Below are positions 54,401 to 64,000 of a DNA stretch of 64,000 nt, piece by piece. The notes beneath the pieces were generated by a model. It saw only the letters and a list, made by a program, of their open reading frames with translations, was not told where the DNA came from and did not search any database. This stretch comes from Enoplolaimus lenunculus (Eukaryota), in the NCBI GenBank assembly GCA_030248215.1, contig JASANG010000957.1:310001-374000 (forward strand). The letters run 5' to 3'. Within the stretch, counting starts at the first letter, position 1; every line of letters starts with the position of its first letter. The position numbers and the translations under genes were made by a program.

Positions 54401-55219
54401 TGGCAGGGTTCAACCGGAATTCATTGCACAAATTCAATTTGGCAGGGTTCAACCTGAATTCATTGCACAAATTCAATTTGGCAGGGTTCAACCGGAATTC
54501 ATTGCACAAATTCAATTTGGCAGGGTTCAACCTGAATTCATTGCACAAATTCAATTTGGCAGGGTTCAACCGGAATTCATTGCACAAATTCAATTTGGCA
54601 GGGTTCAACCGGAATTCATTGCACAAATTCAATTTGGCAGGGTTCAACCGGAATTCATTGCACAAATTCAATTTGGCAGGGTTCAACCGGAATTCATTGC
54701 ACAAATTCAATTTGGCAGGGTTCAACCTGAATTCATTGCACAAATTCAATTTGGCAGGGTTCAACCGGAATTCATTGCACAAATTCAATTTGGCAGGGTT
54801 CAACCTGAATTCATTGCACAAATTCAATTTGGCAGGGTTCAACCGGAATTCATTGCACAAATTCAATTTGGCAGGGTTCAACCGGAATTCATTGCACAAA
54901 TTCAATTTGGCAGGGTTCAACCTGAATTCATTGCACAAATTCAATTTGGCAGGGTTCAACCGGAATTCATTGCACAAATTCAATTTGGCAGGGTTCAACC
55001 GGAATTCATTGCACAAATTCAATTTGGCAGGGTTCAACCGGAATTCATTGCACAAATTCAATTTGGCAGGGTTCAACCGGAATTCATTGCACAAATTCAA
55101 TTTGGCAGGGTTCAACCGGAATTCATTGCACAAATTCAATTTGGCAGGGTTCAACCGGAATTCATTGCACAAATTCAATTTGGCAGGGTTCAACCGGAAT
55201 TCATTGCACAAATTCAATT
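54401..55219. repeat. Satellite of 21 x 39 bp derived from the left terminus of a hAT MITE (element ~54404-55580)
   Basis: Unit TGGCAGGGTTCAACC(G/T)GAATTCATTGCACAAATTCAATT. The matching right end AGTTCCTGTTGGAACCGTG finishes at 55580. Flanks are ATATATGG / GTTTATGG. Confidence 0.9.
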
Positions 55220-56483
55220 CGTGTTCCTGTTCTTCCATTCATAGATGCACGAACCAGAATTTGTACGGTTTTGTTGTGGCAAATTATCAATAATCATTTG
55301 AATATTGGAAACTTTGTCTTTGAAAAATGGTTATTTTGAAATGCACGTATTTGCAATTAGTTGAATTTTGTTACGTAATAAACTGTCTCTGGTGTGTTTC
55401 CGCCAAAATTGGTGATAAAATAGCTGCAAGTTAGCTTAAGACATTTTTTGGCAAAGTCCAACAGTAATTTTCTGTAATGAAAATTATTTCAATTTCCAGT
55501 TCCTGTTCCTGTTCGGTTCTTGCAAAGAAATTCAATTCCTGTTCCTGTTCCGGCAAAATTTAGTTCCTGTTGGAACCGTGGTTTATGGTAGCTAACAGTG
55601 GCAAAAACAATCTACAAATTCTATACTGCGCACCGCAAACCGTGGGAAAGAAAAAAATGCCATATACAGTAAATAATTTTTTTTGTGATTTTCACAGTTT
55701 TCAAACGAGAACGCAGCGTGAAAGGATTGTTTTCATGTTAGACAATTAAGGACTCTATATAAAAAAGGCCCCGGTTAGGCCCCGGCGAATAACGCGTTGT
55801 CTCCAACATGGGGCTTTTGGCCCCACTACCAAGGCGTACACAGGGGCATCTCTACTACGATAAGTGGAAATACTCTACAGCGAAGCAAGCCAGAAACCAA
55901 ACGCAATATTAGCACTAAATCTTCACAGAAAGCGTTAGCTTTGATCACTGATGCACTGTCTCGGTCTGCGTGGGGCCCTTTTTGGTTCCGCCAGTAATCA
56001 TACCGTTGCATTTACGTATATACAATCATCGCACGCATCCCGATAGCCTGATACTCATACGCAATTACAGAGACCAAATTAGAAATATATAAACAATAAA
56101 CAATATATAAACATAGTTTTGTTATAACAAAATACAAATAAACAGACAACAAAACAACCCAACTTTAATCACACCGGAACGAATCCACGGACGTACTTCC
56201 AGAGAAACATTCTCAAATACAAGCATACATACACAGACACATAAGGATACAAATTAAATATGCCGGTCCCAAATTAATCCCGGTACATTTGATACCTTGT
56301 GAGACACATACGTACATTAATATATTATACGTCACAAAAATATTCATTCATAATAACAAGAGTCAAAAAGGTTTAAGTATAAAAATGGTTTTTATATCGT
56401 AACCAACCGCTAGCAGCTGACCCCACCAGGTTGCAAAGAAATACCAAAAAATAAACCGTTCGGACATTTCAATAACCGGCTGC

Positions 56484-56769
56484 CAGGGTGTAATTTGTAT
56501 TAACAAGTATAATATTGATTTAGAATGTCAGTTGGCTGGAAACAATTCTAAAAATGACGTCTCATGAACAAATGGGCAATAATTTTTTGGCTCTGTAAAG
56601 CTAAACTGCAATCAATTATTGATAAGTTAACTTATCGAAAACAATTGAATAGATAAATGATGCAGAATATTTATACAACATATCACAACAAGTAGGCCTC
56701 AAATTAAAATGTGAAAATTTTGCTTCCGATTGATTGTGCAATCGGAATCGGAATTCCGATTGCACCCTG
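56484..56769. mobile_element. hAT MITE with a perfect 8-bp TSD
   Basis: CCGGCTGC|CAGGGTGTAAT...ATTGCACCCTG|CCGGCTGC. Confidence 0.85.
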
Positions 56770-57409
56770 CCGGCTGCTACGTCAGCTGTAAGAGCTGGAT
56801 ATATAAGTGCATATTTCGGCCAAAACGTACCGCTTAATCACGCTAAGTTCGCTCATAAATAATCGTTTAACATAGAATTATGCTACTTCAACGCTAAGCA
56901 AAACGATAAAGTTTATTTGTATGGCAGCGGAGAAAATAGGGAAAATGTTTTCTCGAATCCTTTAAAACACGAAATATCATGCGCTGAAGCCCATATACTT
57001 GCAACCAGTATCAAACCGCAGATCAGACGAGCACATAATTCGAACACCAACTTTTGTGCAGTTCAAAATCTGTATTAACTGCTTAAATTACCTGACAATA
57101 ACACTACTTGCCTCACAATAACAAATTAGTTGTATACAGATACGAATACGATATTAAAAATCTAAGCATGTCAGATTGAAACTATCATTCGATCAGGGCT
57201 CAAACAATATTTGACGGCGTTTGACTTTGACTCTTGGTGTAGCATGCGTGCAACATAAAAAACACTCCCCAATCTAAACAATAGTACGTATATTAGCGAC
57301 AAACATAATTAATTTCAAACAAATATATAATCAAAGTCAATCCTCACATTCATTCATGACACAACAAAAACATTATTTTAAAGAATTATTCTTTACTATG
57401 CACACTTCA

Positions 57410-57613
57410 CACTAACTTTGACAGTTGACGTCATTCGGTCCAGACAGAATACACGAAAAGCACTAACTTTGACAGCTGACGTCATTCGGTCCAGGCAGAA
57501 TACACGAAAAGCACTAACTTTGACAGCTGACGTCATTCGGTTCAGGCAGAATACTCGAAAAGCACTAACTTCGACAGCTTACGTCATTCGGTTAACGCAG
57601 AATACACGACAAG
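57410..57613. repeat. 51-bp tandem repeat, 4 copies
   Basis: Units start at 57410, 57461, 57512 and 57563 (CACTAACTTTGACAGCTGACGTCATTCGG...). Confidence 0.9.
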
Positions 57614-58571
57614 CTCCAGTAATAACACTTAGAATAAACAAACATCAAGTGGACCAGTGGCGGAAACTAAGTTTCATTGACGTCACTTTCGCATGGAAAA
57701 CCACATTCTCATTGGGCAGAATAATTATGAGTCGTAGCCACAATAATTAATCTGCGCTCCCAAATGAAAACTGAATATTAATATTAATCTTGTAGCCCCT
57801 CTGTTATAGTTCACCTTGGCTTCGGCTATGCTGAGTAAGCACTTCTAGTAGCTAAAATACGGTAAATTTAAAAGTATCGGCATCGGTACGCTCCCAAGAA
57901 TAATGATATCTAATTTTACCGTCACCGAAACATCGGTTCAACGCAACACCACGAACAGAAATTCAAAGTTAGCTGGCATACACAACGTATTATCAAGTAT
58001 GCTTTGCAATACAGCAAGGGCGCAGTCCGTGGAAACTGGAAGCTGAAGGTTTAAATGTTTTCTTGTATTGGTTGATTGTTTGACCATGAGCTTTCAAGTC
58101 CTTTTCAGGTTGTAACGGAAGAAGAGTTCTTCAAAATTATTATATCCGAAAGTAACCCCCGCCCCCACGTTACGTTAACTTCATTGCTAACGCCCTTGAT
58201 ATATTGCATGAAACACATATGTTAAAGCAACTGTTTTGACAGCATATTTTCTGATTGCCTTCAAACTCTACGTATCTTTACTGATTACAATGACTAGGCA
58301 GACAATAAAAACTTATTCATGTTTTACAGTTGCAAGCATAAATTAGAAAAAATGCCATGCGAACCAAAACGCAATCATTTTGAACAGAACCTGTTTGCGA
58401 AGTATATATCGGTTGCCAAAATTTAATTTCTAGTACAATTTTAGCTCAATGCAAATGACCAGATCCAGACGTCGATTTTTTCGACGAAGCCGGATACATA
58501 CCTAGTTGCATCCTGACATACACATAACACATCATACAAACATACACATACATACATACATAGAAACCAAT

Positions 58572-61190
58572 CTACTGATATCCACTGCTCGAATAATTAG
58601 CATACGCTGCAGTGTTAGGATACTGCACGCCAGGCATCGTACCTACTCCACAGGTTGCACTAGTAGTCATCCCTGCAACAGTACCAAGCATTGATGGAGT
58701 TGCTGACACTTTTCCATATCCTTGATACCATTGCGGTTGCACTCCGCCAGTTTGGGCTTCTGGGTATCCAGTGACCCCCCACGACGGATTATTATTATTT
58801 ATAGCTGTTGGCGGTATCGCAGTCACACCATAAGCCCCAGGGTTCCAATTTGAGTTGTTGTATTGATTGTTTTGATATAACTGTGAAGGAGTGCTGTTGA
58901 TATTTCCATTTAACGCAGCAACAACTGCATTTGTGATACTCGCCGAGAATTTGTTTTGATTTGCACTAGTATTTCGATTTGGTGGTTTTGGTGCTGCAGC
59001 GCCAACGTGTAGACTATGACCGCTAACAATTACATCAGTATCGATCAGCCGATTCGCAACCTAAACCAATGTAGAACTGTTAAATAAATATTCTCAACAC
59101 CTGAACAATATTGATTTTAGTATTAATATCGTAAAAGAAACGTCAACTCAGAGCACACTAATAGAAAAGATTTTAAGAGAAAAAATGTAACTACTATCAC
59201 TAAGTCCTAGCTGAGTTTGATGGGAACTTAGTTGCAAACTGAAGCCATACTTTTGCGAAAATTCCAGTAAACCTGCCTTTATCGAAGGGAGTCAATTTTA
59301 TTGACCTCAAATAAAAATTAACAAAATTTTAAGCATGTTGCGATACAAGTAGCTATTTTGCAAAAGATGATGATATAAATGCCGCAAAACTAAAAGTTTC
59401 GTATCTGGTTTTTAAAGGTGACACCGGAATCAGCTAAATCGAAACAGGATCTCTTACTTTTGAGCTGGTAAACGTAACAAAAGCAAATCCTCGATGCGGC
59501 GACGGGATGTACACATCTGAGACCTCGCCGTATTCTTCGAAGCCGGCAATGATTTCAGACAGTCCCATTGACTGTGGCACGCGCCCGACAAATACACGAC
59601 AGTTATCAGATACGACATCCTTAAGCTAAAATAGTATAATATAAACTGAGAGATGTAGTTTTTGATAGCAGCAACAAACAATGATATTTTAAATTCACTG
59701 CCAGTACCAGCGTGCAAACGAAATTCCGACCCTGAACGTGCACTCCAAAACATACGTATCAACTGATTTAGAGTGTATCAATTGCATATAGGTATATAAC
59801 AAGACTCGGTATTTAAAAAGTATGGGGCTTTAAAATTTACAGTTCCGATTCCTATTCGGGTATAATTTAGTTCCGATTCCTATTCGGGTATAATTCAGTT
59901 CCGCTACACTCTGGTCAGTGGCCAGTACTATCTCTATAATAAAGATTCCTTTCTGTGTTAACAGCTGTGTGCAGGACCCAGTACCCGTTCAAAATCGTAT
60001 ACACCTTAAACAGAAAACAACAACAGCTGTGTAAAGTTTGCAATAAAATATCACAGGAAATGATGCCTTTTTTGTTTCATAACATAGCATTAGTATAGCA
60101 CAACCTACATGCAAATTGTCAGATTACCTGAGAATTTGGAATTTTACAATCACACATTCTGTCACCAATTTTGTGTCGTTTCAGCAACACTTTCGACTGA
60201 CTTTCATAATTTTCGTAACGAATAAAACCAAACCCTTTTGAGTTTCCTTCAGGACCGCGTTTTATCTATAAATTCATAACATTGCATGTATAATTAAACA
60301 GCACAAAACGTGAGATGTAGAATGATACTTTATTCGAACGAGATTATGACAACAACCAGTTAACTAATTATTGTTTAGTGTCTATTTAGGCGCAAATGAT
60401 AATACTTACAGTTAATTTGCACAGATTCCCACACCGTTGAGTTTCGCTTTCAATATCAAAACCTTAGTAGATCGAAAAGTGTACAAGATGAAATGGGATG
60501 TGAAAAATGCTGAAACCGGATATTTTAAAAGTGCATATTATTTCGGCACAAATTAAATAATACATGCTTTATGAATGACGTTTATTAGTTGATATGATGT
60601 TCATTAAAACAGTTCCTAAACTAACTGCCATAGCTGGCGTAGCTAATAATAATATGCTAATTAGTGAGTAGCGAACTAGTCCGAAAACCGTTTTAATAAT
60701 TAGTGATAGGGTGTGAAAAGTCCTTATTTAAATTATACTAAATACTCAACTTAGCCTGTAGCTAACTAACAGCTTTGAACTTTAAAAACCTAATGCGACA
60801 TTTCTCATTTCGACTATCCTGCGCAAACCATACCATACGCTTCCCGAAGTAATATCTTACATTTACGTTCTGATTTAGCCAAGTAAGCTTGGACATCACA
60901 AAAACCATAAAACACTTTTGGTATATACAACAACTTCGCACAGTTATTCTTATTACAACCCATTTAAGGTAAATAAATTAACGATTTTATCGAACTAACT
61001 TCCGAAGACTCCAGCTTGCCGTACTGCTCAAAGTATTCGCGTAGCTCGCTGTCAGTTATCGAGTACGGAATGCCTAAGATAATTAAATCTATGCATTTCT
61101 GATCAAACAGTCGCGCAGATTTTGCGTTGCTTTGACTTTGTTGATTAGCATCGTTTTCTTCACTCGTATCTAATTTTCGTTTACCGCTGC
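58572..61190 (-). CDS. TARDBP: TAR DNA-binding protein 43 orthologue (TDP-43/TDP-1), 5'-partial; N-terminal domain exon not found in the window
   Basis: Exons 61190-61000, 60265-60128, 59625-59458 and 59060-58572. NLS-like KRKLD; RRM1 [24 protein letters not shown]...[42 protein letters not shown]2 RVFVGRVP...[21 protein letters not shown]...[17 protein letters not shown]; followed by an N/Q/G/Y-rich tail. These match TDP-43 motifs closely. Confidence 0.93.
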
Positions 61191-62986
61191 CTAAAATTAA
61201 CAAATTGACACGTTCGATATACATTTTCCTACGCGGATCAAGGTTTTGACTACGAAAAATTATATGTCCGGATCTCGATTTTTAAAACGAAAATTTTTGT
61301 ATCTGGCTCCGAATTCGGATACTGTAAAAATATACATAAAATAGAATGATCTATTTTAAATGTAATTCATCAAATGGTCACATTCTAAATTAATATTTTA
61401 TGCGGCAATTAATACCGAAAATGCCGTTGTTCTCGATAGTAAGTTTTTTGAACTGGTGCGTACATGACGAACGGTTTAATTAAGCTGGAATAACTAAGAG
61501 TTCGCTTCCGAGAGGGAATATTGGTTACCTCACTGGCTAAATTCCTCAAGCTCTATTTGCCGAAGATCCACACCCCCAATCGAGATTTTGCCTCCTGTTC
61601 AACATTTTTAAGACTTACGGAACTTTTAGCTAGCGAAGTGCCGATACTAATATTTTCGCCGGTGTCGATTCCTATTTTAATAGACGATCCTTAATGAACT
61701 GATAGGATTACTAAACAAATCAATATAAACGCTAAGACTTAATGTTTTTAAATTGCGGAACGTTCAGCGGGACGGCAGTCATTCTGATTGAAAAGTAAAA
61801 TGTGTCCACAACTACACTACTTTAAATGTGGGGTGAAACTTTTTAGATTGATCTAATTATCACTAGTGCAGAAAAGGGCCTAAACAAATACTGAAAATAC
61901 ACTACAGCTTTTTAACATAATTTTGGGCTCAGTATCAGAGGTACGGAACACGATCTTGTTATGGCCCGTTTATTTAAAAAAAATTAGCCAAAATCTCTGC
62001 AAAAATGAACTCGTGACTTTACATACAACGAACTGCATATAGTTGTAAGAGCAACATGTTTATTTTATCGAATTTTCATGTAATCGAACTAATTGTCTTG
62101 CTTTTACATATTTTTTGTCACACATGTAATGTAAATGTTTGCGTGTGACCCTGTACGTTAAAAATCTTTATTGGGTAATAATAACGCTGGAAAACCAACT
62201 CGTTTTTTATATCCGGCTCCGGCTCCCTCAGTTTTTGATATCCGGCTGCACCCTGATCCTGAAATGAACACCGAGATGTGTCCGGACACCAAACACACTT
62301 ACCGGAGCCGGTTGCTTCAATATCCGGATCTGGTAACTCTAAGTGTTTCGAACTCAATAAAACTCATCCATATTAATTCAATAAGGTTTACTATAATCTG
62401 TTATAAATTTTGGTCCTAAAATGGTATTAACGTCTCTTTTCCCCTACTATAAAATATTTTGTAGATCCCCATTACACCACGGGATAAAGTTTTCACATCT
62501 ATGTGCCAGCGGGCTATTCAGAAGCCTGTTCAAGCTTTTAGCATAATCACTGATGCAAAATTTTACTTGTGCGTGGCTCCAGTGGTTGGGATCCGATCCG
62601 TTCCCCTACTTCCGACACCTACGAGATAACAGTGCCAGATAATTTTGTAAGCCCCTTTATATCCCCAACTGTGTTGCGAGTCATAATTTTCGTTCAAGTT
62701 ACCTTTTCATTAAATTTTACGGAAGCTAAAATGCAGCAAGCTGGTATCAAATAACTAGATGTGCGTATGAAATACTTTTTCTGAATTGGTTTTTGACAGG
62801 GTGGCACCGAACCCACGATTTCGCAGATTCTGAATCCGAACCCATTGCGATTTTTCCGAATCCGAACCTTGACTTCCAAAAATCTGTTCATTTTAGCTTT
62901 CCATTGTATAAGATTCGAGTTGGTGAGAAGGTATCTATGTCAAGTTGTTGGACTTTTAATTTATATATACATACATACGTATATAT

Positions 62987-63371
62987 CAGGGTACAACCGG
63001 AATTACAATTTACCGGAACCGGAATTTGAAAATTTTACCGGAACCGGAACCGGAAAATGAAAAATGCATTTCACCAAAAATTTCATTTTGTTCTTATTTT
63101 TTGCTCTATTATTTGTGAAATAACCTTAGTCGAACATAGGTATTTATTTTATTTGTTGTATTTTAGATTTTCGTCGTCGACTGAAGTGAAATCCACCATC
63201 ATTGGCTTATATTTGGAGCACAAGTGGCTTTCAAAAGAGATTCTTAAAAATTAGCAAAGTTAAGAAAACGGCCAAATTATAACACCGGAATTTTTAAATC
63301 CGGTAAAAATTTACCGGAACCGGAAGGTGAAAAAATGCCGGAACCGGAACCGGAATTCCGGTTGCACCCTG
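62987..63371 (-). mobile_element. Young hAT MITE with a perfect 8-bp TSD, nested in older inverted-repeat elements
   Basis: GTATATAT|CAGGGTACAACCGGAATT...AATTCCGGTTGCACCCTG|GTATATAT. Near-identical to 21018-21401. Confidence 0.9.
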
Positions 63372-64000
63372 GTATATATGATATTTTTTAAATAAAAAAA
63401 TTGTGAAGTCAAGGTTGAGATTCGGCAAAATGTGCAAACGTTTTCGGAACCGTAATCTGCAAAATCGTGGGTTCGGCGCCATGCTGGCGGAAGTTAGCAT
63501 TCAGAAGAAGTATTCGATACCCAACACTAGCTCTTATATACCGGCTGCATTTCTGTCCTCGGTTCCAAAAAATCCAACGAAAAACATCCCCAACAAAATT
63601 TCTGGCTCAGATTACAAGCTGAAACACACAACACACAGGTGCGGATGAAGAGATGCTTACAAAAACAATTGGTACCGTTATCTCGTAAGCGCCGAAAGTG
63701 GGGGAATGAGTCGGCTTCCAACCACCGGAGGGCAAAAGTAAAACTTTGTATCAGGATAATGCTAAAATTGTGTCTGGGTTTTCACACGCGCTTCGCTCGA
63801 CAGTTTTCATCCTTCCATTATTTCACCTAAGAGAATGGTACAGGCTTTTGAATAACCCGCTGGGACATTGATGTCCAAAACCTTTTCTCGCTATGTCGTA
63901 ATAGGGTCAGAAAAAGTATGCAAAAGTTGGGAACAAATACCGTCCCGAGGAGGGAAGATCGGCCTAGGCAAATTTTTCTGAGGTTAAACTCTGACAAACG

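Noticed and set aside
54373..55293. 306-aa and 286-aa repetitive ORFs; CRISPR-like appearance
   Set aside because: The 39-bp units are contiguous with no spacers and there are no cas genes. The ORFs are open only because the unit is a multiple of 3 without stops, and the unit derives from a transposon TIR.
62118..63830. TDP-43 N-terminal domain exon among the short ORFs here
   Set aside because: No similarity to the TDP-43 N-terminal domain was found in the candidate exons and ORFs checked. The region is nested transposon sequence, so the exon probably lies beyond the window end.

Overview
This is eukaryotic, AT-rich, intron-containing DNA. TTAGGC telomere-type repeats and TTTTCAG-like splice acceptors point to a nematode; a basal (clade I) lineage is my inference only. 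Manual splicing supports four protein-coding genes: (1, 2) two tandem minus-strand paralogues encoding three-dsRBD proteins of the TRBP/PACT/Loquacious (Dicer cofactor) type with identical 7-exon architecture; (3) a plus-strand 3-exon neuropeptide precursor with a signal peptide, a 4-Cys acidic prosegment and 13 GG-starting peptides of the NLP-9/NLP-21 'GGxRxF' type, including a perfect 5x90-bp expansion; (4) the 3' four exons of a TDP-43 orthologue with a prion-like tail and a UG-rich tract right after its stop codon. The rest is densely repeat-derived: a frameshifted CR1/L2-type LINE, an RTE fragment, many hAT MITEs with 8-bp TSDs, about 18 GGCC-ended MITEs carrying telomeric repeats, CACTG palindromic MITEs, piggyBac-like MITEs with tRNA-like boxes, a DINE/HINE-like element, foldback elements, and a 21x39-bp satellite built from a hAT terminus. 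Most ORFs in the supplied track are repeat artefacts or single exons. No CRISPR array, rRNA or convincing functional tRNA was found. All family assignments come from remembered motifs, not database searches.
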